DNA of 64,000 bases. Origin: Bilabrum cf. latius (lineage: Eukaryota). A program made the translations under genes and the position numbers. The notes beneath the pieces are model-generated. The model was given only the letters and a program-made list of their open reading frames with translations, was not told where the DNA came from and did not search any database. Location of the stretch: positions 124,001-188,000 of the forward strand of contig OZ237762.1 in the NCBI GenBank assembly GCA_965178125.1, written 5' to 3'. Of this stretch, positions 36,004 to 49,906 are shown in pieces. How positions within the stretch are numbered: position 1 is the first letter of the stretch; each line of letters starts with the position of its first letter.

Positions 36004-38838
36004 TCACATACGTTCCATCGCAGCAGCCTCCCACTCTATAGCCCCTGCGACTAACTCTGCCTCCCGCTTGGCTTGCTTCTCCTTGTGCCTGGCGCTCGAT
36101 GGTCGCGAGGCATTCAGCGCGGACCAGCAAGCGGCAGCCACTGAGCCGCTGCCGCTGCGCATCTCTCCGCGATGCGGCAGATCACCGCCCGCCACATCCT
36201 ACTCGAACCAGCCATTGTCCCACCCAAACGAGGCATCGATGCTCAGGCGCCTGTCGAGCGAGAACTCAGCTGCTGGCACTGCAACCGCAGACATGGCCAC
36301 CGTTGCAGCGCGCGCATCCCTGGCGAGGCGAGCATCGGACCGGAGCAAGTGCTCGCAGGCGAGCGCATCCCCCGCCCGCACCGCGAGCAGCACCGCCTGG
36401 TCCGCCCTCGCCAGCACCCTGTGCCTCCGTGTTGGCCCGTCTTTGCCTTCTCCCGCGCGCCCCAGCCACTCTGCCACCTGGTGCGCCATGACTAGCGCAC
36501 CAAGCGCCTCCAATGGGTCTTCCTCACCCTCCTAATCACCATCCTGATCGCAAGCACCGCCTGTCTGACCCAAACACCGGCAAAGCGCCAGGCAGGAGGA
36601 GTCGAGCAACCCCTGTGCACTGCCCTTAGGCTGCACCACAATTCCATACACCCACTGCAACACCTCCAGCTCTCTGCGGCCCAGAACTCGCACGCACAAC
36701 TCGGTGGCTCGGCTAGACGCACGCACCAAAGCTCGCAGAGCCACTTGACCGGGTCTCGCTGCTCCATGAGATAGAGCCTGCCCATCCTGCGCGGCACCTG
36801 TGGTCCGCGGTGCCTACTCCACTGGGCGGTGATCGGTCTCCACCTCCCCTTCCATCTTACCCTCCACCTCACCCTCCCTGCTCACCTGCAGCACCCACGG
36901 ACCCACCGCAGTCCGTGTTCCGTCCACTGACACGCTCCCGATTGGCCCCCTGTGCCCGTGTCTATGTCTAGTCCTACCGCCATTGCCAGCGTCTGCCGAC
37001 GGTATGATATTCTTTTCACCCGCACCCTGAGGACGGAAACTGAGGAACAGAGCCTGAGCACTGGTCCACATCGGGTCGTCACCCCCATGGTGACCCACCC
37101 CATCTCCATGGTGACCCACCCCGTCTAGAGGCCTGCCACCACTCACGCTCATCCTCACCCCCAAGCCTGCTTGCCCGCTGGACAGCCCAACGCGGTGCAG
37201 TGCACTGCAACGGCCCACCACGCCATCGCCACCGCCACCGCCACGACCACCGCGCCGATGCCCAGGCCCACCGGAAGGACGCCCCCACGCTGATGCAGGT
37301 ACCCGCACCAGCACCGCAACAGCTCGCATTCCCTGCACCTCTGCCACGCGGGGCTTCCCCCCCACACCTGCACCTCTTTCACCTCCCTCGTGCTGCCCTC
37401 GCCCCGCCTCCATCAGGCGAGCGAGGCCCCTAGCCACTCCAGCATCCCCGCCCCTGTACCCCGGCTGCACCGCCCTGCATGCTGCGTCCAGGGCCGCCAG
37501 CACAGCGCCCTCTTGCCTGGCCCCTGCCTCAAGCTCCTCGGGGCACACGAGCAGAGACCCCAGGAGAGGCAGCGGCACTGCAGTGCGGTGCAGCAGCGCC
37601 TCTCCCTCGCGCTCCACTGCGGACCAGCAGGCCGAGCTCACTCGAGCCAGGGCACACAGCCGCTCCTCCGTCAGGGCTGGAGCTGCCCCCCCAGGGTCAG
37701 CATCAGCATCAAGCTCAGCGCCAGCATCAGCATCAGCATCAAGCTCAGCGCCAGTTTGCATGGGCTCAGCCCCCCAAGCATCGTCGATTGCCTGCCCCTG
37801 CTCGCCGACCCGATGGGTAGACTGCCGCTGAAGCATGCCGCGGACACGGACCCGGTCGTACCGGAGGTTCGAGTTAGACGGGTCCTCTGCAACACTCGTC
37901 ACACCGTGCTGCAGGCACGTGGCCTCGAGCCGCTGCCTGCTAAAGGGTAGCAGCGGCCGCAGCAGTCGGATGGCAGTTCGCTCTTTGATAAGAGACTCAG
38001 TGAGCTGGCTCTCTCCTTTGACAGCAGCGCCAGCTCCAGCGCTTGGTCCATATCCAGCTCGTGCTCCATTTCCTGGTATTGGCGCTGGCAGCGAGGTGCA
38101 TGCCTCCATGCCGCCGAGGCCTCGCAGCCTAGAGCGCCTCCCCATGCGGAGGAGAACCGTCTCGGCCTGGTCGCCCGCATGGTGTCCAAGCATCACTGCA
38201 TCCGCCTTCAAGCGATCAAGACCCTCACGGAACGCTGCAAGCCGGGCCTGTCGTGCCATGTCGTGAGAAATCGACACCCTGCCACCGCCAGTGCTCGTCT
38301 GGCCCGCTTGCTAGTTGAAAATACCGGCGCTATCATGTGGCGACGTGAGCACGTACGTGTGTATTCTGAACGGAAGCTGCTTTCTCAAATGGCCCTGCTG
38401 CGTATCGAGACTATCCCAACGAACCGAGCAGATTGCAACCTGTGCAAAGCCATTTTGGAACAACGTCTCGGCTGCAAATTTAGCTTCCAACAGCGACTCA
38501 GGCCGAATTCCGTGGTCAATTATCAAAGCAGAAACATCATACGAGCTGCTTCGACTCCACTGCTGTGCAAGGCAAGCTAGAGCAAGGCTATCTGTACCTC
38601 CACTAACTGCAACTGCGAACCTTTGGAGCTTTTGGGCATACCTGGAACCGATTCCTCGCTCTACATTTGTATTATAATTGATTATTGTGCTCATACTATC
38701 TGTAAATTCCTGCATGGACACTGGTGTCATACCGCACAATGGAACCAGGCGCCTCGTCGCAATGCTAGCAGCATATCGCAATTGCTTTTCCAGGCACGCA
38801 GTGGCTCGCCTTGGGCGCGCCCGTCGAATTAAATGCAT
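36004..38838 (-). CDS. tilS: tRNA(Ile)-lysidine synthase-like PP-loop protein with a long C-terminal extension; probably organelle-targeted
   Basis: AVAVSGGTDSLAL, IDHGIRPES, GHHAGDQAETVLLR, RLLRPLL, EDPSN; Arg-rich N-terminus. Confidence 0.8.
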
Positions 38839-39299
38839 ATATTCAATGCACAAGGTCCATTGTCGCCGAAGTCACGGGGTGTGGGACGTAGATGGATTAG
38901 AGCCACTTGCAGTGCGGTGCACTCATCCGCACTTTGTTCCAAAGTACACTGTACAAATGCAGGCAGCCAAGCCAAAAAAATCTCCTGGTGGGGGAGATGG
39001 ACCCTTTATGGGCCCTAGCCTTAGCACATAGTGCTTTGGCTATATTCTTCCTTCCTATGGGATGGGAGAAGCCGACGCCTGGATTGGCATTGTCGGCTGC
39101 ACCGGGTTCGGTGCCTGTGCTGGTTGAGCAGCACAGCCCTGTTCAGGCGTCCTGGAGTGTCGTCTGCGCAGCGGAAGAAGAGCTAAATAGCTCTCGATTC
39201 CACTCGAGATCCCTGTGGGGGCTGCGAAGTGGTTATGGCCCGTTCGCCGATGTGCGCGGGAAGGTCTACGACCAAACGGTCGGGAAGGTGTTTACCGCC

Positions 39300-39605
39300 T
39301 CCGACGCCCGTACTGTCATTTCAGCACGGGATTTCTTCCCTTGTGGAGAAAATGGGTTCTTTGAAGCCCTAGTCTTAGCATCTAATGCTTTGGCGCCGGT
39401 CTACCTGCCGGAGAGCAGGGCGATTGGTTTCTGCACCGTTGGTGCCACCTATTCCGACGCCCGTACTGTCATTTCAGCACGGGATTTCTCCCCTTGTGGA
39501 GAAAATGGGTTCTTTGAAGCCCTAGCCTTAGCATCTAATGCTTTGGCGCCGGTCTACCTGCCGGAGAGCAGGGCGATTGGTTTCTGCACCGTTGGTGCCA
39601 CCTAT
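39300..39605 (+). repeat. 153-bp tandem duplication
   Basis: Near-identical copies start at 39300 and 39453. Confidence 0.9.
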
Positions 39606-40591
39606 ATCAGCCGGGCCCGGGGACACCGAGCTCGGGAAGACTCCCAGGAGGGGGAGCCTCGGAACTATTCACATATTTACGCTGACAGTTCCAGAGACGA
39701 GCATGATTGTGTGCGTGCTCGACCCTCAGAGGGATCGCGAGTCCGGACGATCCTGGAAGTGACGTCGGAGGCTGGAGGGGCACTCCGTGGTGGGTCTGGA
39801 CCGCGCATAATGCCGGGTCCACGCAGTATGCCTGTGTGTCTACGGATATCCGAAATAAAGGCTCCGGGACTGCTGCGAAGGAGGGCTTGAAGGCGACAAA
39901 GGGAGGTCCCAACATCAGGGCCGGTACATGGGGGGCCTTTGGTCTGAAAGGGTCGGGGGTCTTGTAGTCCTCTTATGAGGGCTCCTACCGCTGCAGGTGA
40001 TCACCTGAGATATGGTGCATCTGTGGCGGGTTCGGTAACTTAACCCAACAATGTATTTCTGTATTTCTGTATTTCAAGCCAACACCAGAATTCTCACCGG
40101 ACCTGGCGTGGATTCTTGAGGATGGAGATTGATCAGAGCGGGAATAAACTCGATGAAGATAGAAGTAGTGAAGATAGCAACTATGTCGAACTCCTGGTGA
40201 GTAGAATGTGTATGACTGCTCCCGAAACCGTTGAGCAAAAGTTGCAGCTGCGCTGGAAGCATTGCTACAGCCAAATCTGCAGTTTTGAAGGCTCATACAT
40301 GCGATTTACTCATACAGTCAACTATTGGTACCGCTATGGCACGGCTTTCTTCCGATACACGTGCGGGCGACACATCTTGTCGAATTGAGCCGCGGCCTTT
40401 GCGGCGATCCTAGGTGGCATGAGTCGAATCGGAATCAAGATACCCCAGTAGGTTCCTCATTGTTTTGTATGTTGCAGGATACTTATGAAGGAGCTGAGCG
40501 GCCCGACGCGCCAAGATTTCTCGGGTCCCGGTGTTCTTGCTGTACCGATTCGGTGCAGTACGGTGTTTGTGGTGTGTTCACTGCAGTTGCA

Positions 40592-41545
40592 ATGGCTCTA
40601 TTGGTTCTGGTTGCGTTGGTGTCGCAACCCGTTCCCTTCCCCGACTCGGGCTTGCACCCGAACCCGCACGCGCTCCCCTGCCCCTGGTCGCCGAACGGCA
40701 CCAGGATGAATGGCAGCATGGCCTGGCAGGTCCTGCAACAGACGAGCACCAACAGCCTCAGGCAGGCAGCCGGGACAAATAGCAGATAGAAATCAATTGG
40801 TATTTTGGAGCGCGGGAGCATGGTGGTGCGGCACGCAGCCGCCTCTGTCCTCCGCGGCATCGGTCTCTTGACCCCTCTGCCTCTGCAAGACGCCGCGAAG
40901 CTCCCGCCCCCCGCTGTGCTGGTGCCTGAGTCCACGCAGGTATCGCTCTGCTGGCAGCCTTACCTCTGGGCCGGGGACGAGGTGATTTACCAGGTGGAAC
41001 GGTCCGTATGGTGGAACACGACGAGCTTCCGGTCGCAGCCGGGTGTGACGAGCGTGTCCGGCGCCACGATGCAGTGGCAGCTGGCGTACATGGGCAACAG
41101 CACGCACGCGACCATCGCGGGTCTGCTGCCCGGCACGAACATCAGCCTGAGGGTGCGCTGGCTCAACCGCACCAGGACCGGGCCGTGGTCGGACCCGGTG
41201 CCGGCCACCCTGCCCGAGCGGGGGCAGTGCGGGAACAAGCAGGACATGCGCAGCCTGAGGGACCACTTCAGCAAGTACAAGGGTGACGTGCAGTGGTGCC
41301 TTGCGACCAACCTGGGGAACCAGCCCAAGGCCGTGGAGTGCCTCGAGCACGAGCTAGACATGTCCGGGAGGTGCGCGGCCTGCTGGCTTGGCATGGGGAG
41401 GTGCGCCCTGCAGAAGTGCCACATGTGCGCCTTTGTGCCCGTGGATCCCAAGCTGGGCCCCGCCTGCAACAACTGCACGGAGACGGAGTGCTTCCCGCAG
41501 ACGGTCGAGTGCACCGGGGTGCCTAGGTGGAGGCTGCCGCGGTGA
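40592..41545 (+). CDS. Secreted protein with an FN3 domain and a Cys-rich C-terminal domain (start uncertain)
   Basis: VSLCWQP..YQVER..ATIAGLLPGT..LRVRWLNRTRTGPWS; TAG at 40787 read through. Confidence 0.65.
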
Positions 41546-41797
41546 CGGGGACGAGGAGGAGGCACAATTCATTAATGAAAAAAAAATAGGTATTGCGAGG
41601 ACGGGGGGTTCAAGGGGTGCCGCCCCGGGTCCTTGTTTGTTTGCTTGCTTAGTTGCGTCTTCGATTTCTTTATATTCAGTCACTGGATGTGCGGCGGGCC
41701 CGCTGGGCGACAGACATACTAGAAGAAAACATGGCTCGCAGTAACGATGCACACGCTGGCAATTTACTTCTGGCAGGAGCCTGCATACACCGCACGC

Positions 41798-42255
41798 TCA
41801 AGCTAGAACGCACCCCTCAGCCTCGTCTTTCGAGGGCGTTCTGAAGTCAATTAGCTCAACGTCAAACTTCAGGTCCGCGTTGGGAGGGATCACGCCCCCT
41901 GCACCAGCCTCCCCGTATGCTTTGGAAGACGGTGCATGGATGATTGCCTTCTCTCCTGCGATGAGGAAAGAAGAGACCAGTCGGCGCACAATGCTGCAGA
42001 TCACGGACCATAGCAATCTCCCAGTTCCTGCACGAGTACTGGCTAACCTTTCGACATCTTTGCGACGCCTTCGTCCCACGCTTCAATGACTTGTCCTACT
42101 CCCAGAGTGAACTTAAAAGTCCTGCCTTTCGTTCTGCTGCTGTCAAACGTCGTGCCATCCTCAAGGGTTCCGGTGTAATGCATCTCGCATATGTCTCCGG
42201 TCTTGGGATAAGACTTGCCATCTCCAGCAGTTATGGTCTCGACCTTGAACTCCAT
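41798..42255 (-). CDS. FKBP-type peptidyl-prolyl isomerase; intron 41956-42047; C-terminal CVLA
   Basis: MHYTGTLEDGTTFDSSR, FTLGVGQVIEAWDEGV, AYGEAGAGGVIPPNADLKFDVEL; GT-AG intron restores the frame. Confidence 0.92.
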
Positions 42256-42396
42256 TTTGAGCGCCAGATGTTCAGCATTCGGGGCTTCACTTGCAGTTTC
42301 CACAGAGCAAACAAATTGCGCCTTACAAATACTGATTGAATACGATTTAAGCTTGCCAGCCGGTAGGTCCGAGCATTAGGTGCGGCGTTCGCTGAA

Positions 42397-43288
42397 ATGG
42401 CTGCTATTCTTGGGTGGTTCTATGATTTGTTTGCATCTTGGGGTGAGTTCTTGGGAGCAATGTGTCGCGGTGGTCCTCCGCGAATGCCACGTTGACGTGG
42501 CGAATACCGAACCCTACCAGCCACGTTCCCAAGCTTTCAGTCACGTGTCTGGCTTCAAATTGTCTTACTGACGCAATCATTCATTTTCTACATCCCTCGA
42601 GAGCAGGTCTTTTCATGAAGGAGGCTAAAGTGTTGTTTTTGGGCTTGGATTCGGCCGGCAAGACAACCCTTCTACACGTGCTCAAGCACGGGTCTGTCAT
42701 GGCGCATGAGCCGACTACCCATGCAGGTGAGGCTGGCAATGACGCCTTTAATGGATAGACTACATGAAATGGGCGCAGCGGCAATCCCTGGTGAATCTCA
42801 TGGGTCGATGTCTTTGTGTTTGTAGAGCTTGGCCTAGTTGCTCTTCGTTGTCTGCTCCCAGTCTCACAGGCAAGGAGGAAGTTATCGTTGGTAGCCTAAA
42901 GATTGAAGCTCATGATCTTGGTGGCCACAAGGGTGCCCGACGAGGATGGGACCGATTCTTCACAGAGGTGGATGGCGTCGTGTTCATCGTCGACAGTGCC
43001 GACAGGGAGCGCCTCACAGAGGCAGCCACGGTGCTGGGCGAGGTGCTGGACCCTCGCAACGAAAAGTTGAAGGAGACCCCCGTGCTGGTGCTGGGGAACA
43101 AGATCGACAAGGCCGGCGCGTGCACGGAGGACGAGCTGAAGGCCTCTCTGAACCTCATGCACACCACGGGCAAGGACGACGCGGGGCTGGCCGACGGGGT
43201 GCGACCGCTGGAGATTTTCATGTGCACCGTGACTGGCCAGGCGGGTTTCAAGGAGGGTTTCGATTGGTTGGCGACACACATCGAGTGA
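42397..43288 (+). CDS. SAR1: Sar1-family small GTPase; exons 42397-42442, 42607-42726, 42870-43288
   Basis: [40 protein letters not shown] introns restore the frame. Confidence 0.88.
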
Positions 43289-43656
43289 GGCGAGCTGGAT
43301 CGAAGGAGGCCATAGGCCTAGTGGCACGTGTCAGCAGTGCGCAGGGGCAGGGGGCAGCTCAGGGCAGCGTGACGAGGGCAGGGCAACGGTGGACCCCGTG
43401 GGACTTGGAGGTATTGCGCTGCAATGCGCTGCACGCATGCCTTGGTCCCATACGAAGGCTTGGGCTGCGGTGCCCAGCGCCTTGGTTGTTGTATCAAGCG
43501 GGCCAGTGCGGGCCAGTCTGTCTGTCTGTCTGTCCATGCGGCCTGCCTGCAGCTCTGGCTGCACGATTGATGTCCTGGTGCTTGATAGCTGGCTGCAATT
43601 GAAAGAAACACTTGAGCTATGGCTAACTTTGCACTGCATATCTGCGCTCGGGCGCG

Positions 43657-43873
43657 TCGAGTGTCTCGCCTCTCTCCCTTCCGTGCTATCGATGACGGTT
43701 TGGCCCCACCCAGCCTGCGAGCCACCCATCGAGTGTCTCGCCTCTCTCCCTTCCGTGCTATCGATGACGGTTTGGCCCCACCCAGCCTGCGAGCCACCCA
43801 TCGAGTGTCTCGCCTCTCTCCCTTCCGTGCTATCGATGACGGTTTGGCCCCACCCAGCCTGCGAGCCACCCAT
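43657..43873 (+). repeat. 72-bp tandem repeat, 3 copies, intergenic
   Basis: Copies start at 43657, 43729 and 43801. Confidence 0.92.
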
Positions 43874-43879
43874 CATGGA

Positions 43880-46800
43880 TCATGCCTCGGCTGCAGGCAG
43901 GCAGAACAGGTCCAGCTAGGGCACCCCATTCGCTGCATCTGCCCCGGCATGTACATCAACATCAGTGCCAGCAGGCGCATGGATTGCCTGGCTGCTCCCC
44001 CCTGCCCCGCTGCCTTGCCCCACCCCTGCCAGCCCCACCCCTGGCCTCGTCCTCGTCCTCGTCCTCCCCGAGGCCCCTGGCCCGGCCCCGCCCCCCTCCA
44101 CCCTCCTGACGGTCCGCCTTGCCCACTCACCGATCAACGCACCGCCGCTCGCCGACAGGTCCAAGCCCGATGGCCCCTCCCCCGGGTCGACTCCAGGTGC
44201 ACTGCACGATCGCGCGAGGGAGGCAGACAGGTCGAGTGCCTCTCCGGGCGAGGGTCCGTGGGACGAGGCCAGCCCGAGGGCGCGGCGGTCCAGTCGGTGC
44301 CTGTCCGGGGCGATGCGGCTCGCTCTAGAGCTAGAGTGCGCCGGGACTGCACTGCCGTGCGATGCATCCAACCCTTCGCCCATCAGTGCTTGGCTGTGCC
44401 GCAGAAGGCGGGCAGCAGAGTCTCCGGCGCTGCCCTATCCAGCTGTCTCGCTGTTCCCCGGCCACCCCCTCGGCCCCAGCTCACACCCTCTGACTCGGAC
44501 CAGGGCAGGCACACCCGACAGACCCACCGCACAGGCCGCCACGGGCAGACTGGCCCAAGCCGGCGCCCATGCGGCCCCCTCCCCCGCCCCAAGCCCCGCC
44601 GAGTCCCTCAGGCGCCTGGCCCACCCCCCATCCCTCCGCTCGCACACCGCTGTGGCGACCCTCTCCCCGTGCAGCGACAGCCGCCAGAGATCGTCCACGG
44701 GCTGCGTGCACACCGGGGGGACCCCTCCCTTCCTCCTCCAGGCGCTCGCCCAGTGTGACGAGCCCACTGCCGCCACGCCCCCCTGCACCAGCACCACCCG
44801 TCCGAAGGCCGCGGCGCCGTGGAATCCCCTGGACCGGGGCGCCGCACTCGTTAGCAGGTCCGTGGGGAACCGCCGCCCCGAGCAGAAGGCCGGGCATGCC
44901 TCCAGCTCGGACGTGGCCAGGTCCGCGGCTTGTTGCGAATCTGCATTGGAGCTGCCTGCCAATGGGTCTGCATCCTTCTCCTTCTCTTTCTCGTTCTCCT
45001 TCTCCTTCTCCTCGCCCTCCTCTTCGTCCCTGCGCTCTTGCTTGACAGCGGTCCATGGGCCCAGCTGCGACGGGTCTTCGTCCATATCCTCGCCAATGCT
45101 GCCACTTGTACTTCCCTGCGCGTCTTGCATGCCGACTGACAGCGCAGACGCGGCAGGTGACGCGCCTCGATCGCTCCCGCCTCCATCCGCATCGTCATCC
45201 TCGTCGTCATCCTCCTCCTCCTCGCCGCCGTACCAACCCGCTGCCCCCGGACACCGCCCCCGCGGTGTCCTCAGTCGTACTCTCCTCCACACGGGAGTTG
45301 TTGTCCCATCCCCCAGGTCCAGAGAGAACAGCGAGAGTAATGGGGCCTGCTACACACCCCCACCACTGCCACCGCCCGGCTGCAGCTCGGCAGGCCGCAT
45401 GCCGCCCACCAGCAGCAATCGCATCCCACCCCTCGTCCCCGATGTTTCCTGATCTTCCTCACAGGACCCTTGCTGCTCCACCATGCCAGCCCCCGGGCCT
45501 GCTCTATCCTCCTGAGCCTACCCAGCTGCCCTGCTAGCCGACTTGCTCATAGCCGGCGCATCCACGCGCACCAGTTGCGCGCCCAGCCGCGCCCCAGGCA
45601 GGTCAAACAGGTGCTTACCCTTGCCACTCACCTCCTCCCACCGAAGCTCGAATCGGAAGTGGCCCGACGCCCCCGGGCTGGCTGATGGGTCCCCAAACAG
45701 CTCACCCGGCATGTGCCCGCCCTGCACCGCAGTTGGATGCACCCAGGACTGGCAGAGAGTGCCCACACATACTGTGTCGCTCCTATGCGCCACGAAAGGG
45801 GGCGCTGCCTCCCCCACTTTGGAGCCGCCGTCCCCCGCACGCTGAGGGCCTACACCCCCGCATGCCACCAGCCACCCCAGCACAACGTGCGAGGAGGGGT
45901 CCATTTCACTACCCTCCCCCGCACCACCATGCAGTGCATCTGAAGGCACGCCCACCCTGCCCCCTGCATTCTCTGCAGGCACCCAGCACGTTGAGGCGCA
46001 CACCCTGCCCCTGGGCATCTGCCCCGATTCGAGCACGACCTCACTCGAGGAGCGCCCAGGGAACACAAGAAGACTGGGAGCACCCTGATTGACAGTGCCT
46101 GCATCCTGGGGGCGGCTCTTGCGGGACTGCCTGTCCCCGCCCTGTCTCGATGCATCACCACCCATCGGGTCAACATCCATGTCATCCTCGGCTGCCCGCC
46201 CCGAGACGGATTGGCTGGACAGGTGACGGAGCGCGCCGGGAAGACTGCGGAACCGGAAACCGGGCGCCGCGCTCGCTCCACCCCACACAAGGACCGCCTC
46301 CCTAGCACTTGGTTCTCTCTCTCGCTGGCCCTCTGTGCCGGCTGCAGGCGCGGCTGCCTGCATGGCCCTGGCTCCACACACGTGGATGGTGTGAGCGGCG
46401 TGTCCGGCCCTGTCCCGCAGTGGGTGGGCATGCATCATGACCGTGCCTGTACCTGTGCCTGTGCCTGTGCTCGTGCTCGTGCTGTGCCCCAACCTCTGCT
46501 CCGATGCAGCTGCACTGGAGCCACCTGGCACGCCCCTCCTCTTGTTCCCCCGCGGCGAATCCTGCATCAGCGCTTGCTTGAGCCTGGCAGCAGCAGACGT
46601 AGAGGAGGAGGAGGACGAGGAGGTGTAGGATACCGCGCCCTCCAGCTCGATGGACCTGCGCCTGCGGTAGATCTCCTGGGCTAGCGGGTGTTGCCGAATC
46701 CCGCTCTTCCCGTGGAGCCCTTCATCGGCTACACGCACCCTCTGACTCGCTCGACTGGCACTGCCCTCGCTCCATTGCAGGTGGCATGGCATGCCGTGCA

Positions 46801-49588
46801 CGGCGGAGTCCTGAGCGTCAATGAACAACAAGCCGTCGCCACGCCCATCGTCCTGCCTCGTCACCTACCCGCCCACCCCGCCCCTACTTTCGACCCCGCT
46901 CTCTTTCTCGTCATACGCGCGAATCCCACCCAGGACGAGGAGCCCGTCGGAGCACGGGGCCAGAGCCGGGCAAGCCAGCCCCTGCAGCAGCCCCAGCGCA
47001 GGCTGCCTCCGAGGCACGCGATCTGCTCTCCGAACGATCGACAGAGCCGCTCGCAGCGGGATGGCATCGGTGTCAGCAGCCGTCGAGCAGCCCATCCAGG
47101 AGCCGCGAGACAGCACGCCCCAGCTGCGCTTGCTCCCCGCCTGGGGACCGCGTCCGCCCCACCAGCTGGAACCAGCCATGGATCCTTGCCGTCCACCAGA
47201 CGCCGCCTTTGCTTGCATCCTCAGCAGCTCCACATAGGCCCTGAATGCCACCTCGTCCTCGTCCTCTGCTCCCATCCGCAGAGACAGCCGCAGGGCAGAG
47301 ACGCCCCTCTCGCGCAGCAACGGCTCGGGCTGGGGCACAGCGGCAGTGGCCAGGCGGCTAGGGAGCGACGGGACAACACGGACTGCATCATGCTCCCTGC
47401 CGGGTTTCTCCCCCGGTGCAAATGGACTCCTCTTGGATACCGAGGCAGCCTCTCGTGCATTCGGGGGCTCGCTGTCTCTGATGCTGCCGATGGCAGCAGC
47501 CTAGCTGTCCTGCATGGTATCCAGACCAGTACTCAGGCCATGGTTCGCGCCTAGCACCTGCCGTGCATGCTGCTGCTGCTGCTGCTCCTGGTCCTGCACT
47601 GGCGTGGCCTCCGTTGGTGGCTGCATCATGTCGAACAGCGAACTCGAGCTCGAGCTCGAACTTGAGGCAGCCCTGGACATACCACCTGTGGGCAGTGCAG
47701 GAGCGGAGGGGACAACCTCGTGCTGCTGCGCCATGGCAGGGGCAGGAGCTGCAGGAGCCGGCGATGGTGCAGCAGCAGGAGCCGCAGCAGGAGCTGCAGA
47801 GAGTGACCCCTGCCCCCACGTCTCATCTGCGACATCACCACCGAATGCAAGCGAGGCGGCAGCACGGTGGGGAGGGCCGTCCGCTGCCGATGATCCCACA
47901 CCCACAGCCTGACCCTAATCCTGATTCCAAACCTGGTCTGAGCCACTTACCCCTACCGGGCCAAGCGACTCTCCCGTGCCCCAGGCATCCGCTGCAGCGG
48001 CTGCAGCAGCGTCTCCACCAGCGGGGCCGTCCCCGAACTGAAGCTCGGTGGCGACTGCATTGCCCTGCGGTGCGTTGTCGGCCGGCGGTCCAACCCTGTC
48101 AAAACTGAACGGATCTTTGCTTAGCTCAGCTGTTGCCCCCGCCCCGTCAAAACTGAACGGATCTTTGCTTTGCCCAGCTGTTGCCCCCGCCCCGTCAAAA
48201 CTGAACGGATCTTTGCTTAGCCCAGCTGAAACCCCCGCGGTAGACACAGCACCCGCACTGCCTCGGCCACTAGCTTGACTACCGCCGTTGTCGGCACCCG
48301 CCCGCCCCCTTGAGTCCTCGTCCTGATGGTCGACCGATGTGGGTCCCCAGCCAGCGCCCCAGCTGCTCGCATCAGCCCCAGCACTGCGGCTGCTGGCATC
48401 ATCGTGCAGAGATGCGACCACAGGGGCAGGGGCAGGGGCAGGGGCTGGCACAGCTGGCACTGGAGTGCCGAATGGGCCTGCACTCGTCACAGAGGCCTCC
48501 CGGACGCTGGGCAGACTCCCTCCGCCAAACGCATCTCCAAAGAGATCCTATTGCTGCCCCTGTCCCTATCCCTGCTGCTGCCCTTGTTCCCCCGCGTCCC
48601 CCGCGGAGGCGAAGGCGGCGAAGGCGGCCAGCACGTCGGCGCCCCTGTCGCCCGCTGCAGCGAACGGGTCCACAGAGACTGCCACAGCGGGTGCGGGCAC
48701 ACGTGCGGTCCCCTCCCCGGGAGACCCGAAGGCCCTCCTGCCCGAGGAGGCTCCCACCGGCGTGCGGCCGTCCTTGATTGGCTCACTGGCACGGGCACTG
48801 GCGCTACCTGGAGGTGGCATCCCCCCCCCCCCGCTGCTGCTGCTGCTGCTGCCAGCGGCATCCACCGGGGCCTCCCTGCCGCCCTCATAGCTGACCCCGC
48901 CGCTCCCACCGCTCAAGGTAGAGGCAGCCCCGCCGCTGCTGGCCTCCCGACTGCCCGCGCCCGACCCGGGGCCCAACCCCATGCCGTGCAAGGTGGGGGG
49001 CGCCTCCACCGCGACTGTCAGCGAGCGCTGCCGCCGGATGGCCCTCCCACCAGAATGATTCCCGCTCACTTTGTTCTATGTGTCATTTGCGAAATCAAAC
49101 TGGCCGTCGATTCCCAGGGAATCACTACCGTTGCTGTTCTATGAGCGCCATGTGGTCGGCACGTCCGGTTCGTCGCCGGCACCATTGTGAAGCGCAACGT
49201 TGAGCCGAAGCCCAGCCCCACCACCAGCACGAGAATAAGAGCGCTTACGCTGCGGAGGTGACAAAAATGGGACCCCCGTGGCTTCTACTGCTGCGTCTTC
49301 TACTCCTCGAACTGCAGTCCGAAGGCCCGCCTAACTCTCCCCACCCCAGCCATCGCTAGACTGCACAGAGGAGCGGCTCCGCTCCTTTCTTCTCGGCTTA
49401 CTACTGCCCCCTTCATCCATTAGAAGTCTCTGTTTAGGTGCGACAGGCAACTCGGATGGATCGAGCATCTGGCCCTTCGCACGCTTCCGTAGCGCTGCCG
49501 CAAGCTGTCTTCCCATCACTGGATCCTACGAGAGAGCTCCTGCAATCAAGCGGTTGCCTGCACTGACATTTATGGTGGGGCGGGACAT
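43880..49588 (-). CDS. Large low-complexity protein (~1900 aa) with DPF repeats and C-terminal kelch-like repeats
   Basis: Nine track ORFs lie in one frame separated by TAG; kelch-like PRSRGFHGAAAFGRVVLVQGG...DDLWRL; 48-bp repeats encoding KDPFSFD at 48098-48230. Confidence 0.65.
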
Positions 49589-49906
49589 GCTAGCCGCAGT
49601 GCAAAGCCGCCCGGACCGCGGCCCGGCGGTTGGTTCGCATAGGCCGGACCGAAGGTTCGTTTTCCGGTCGAAAACGCGGCGTCGTCGACTCTCATGACTG
49701 TAACAGCAATGTCCATATTGATCGCAGTGCACATGCACATAAAACAGTAGCCACCCTCTCACACGCGCCCGCATCCGTGCTCTCCAGCCGGTTGAATCCG
49801 CTGGCACCGCGGCGGAACCTGTCCCCAAGTTGGGTCCCCCGGGCCACCCCTTCAGATATCTGAGCCTGTACCCATGGTCCAACGCAAGCAAGCGTCCAGC
49901 TCGCAT

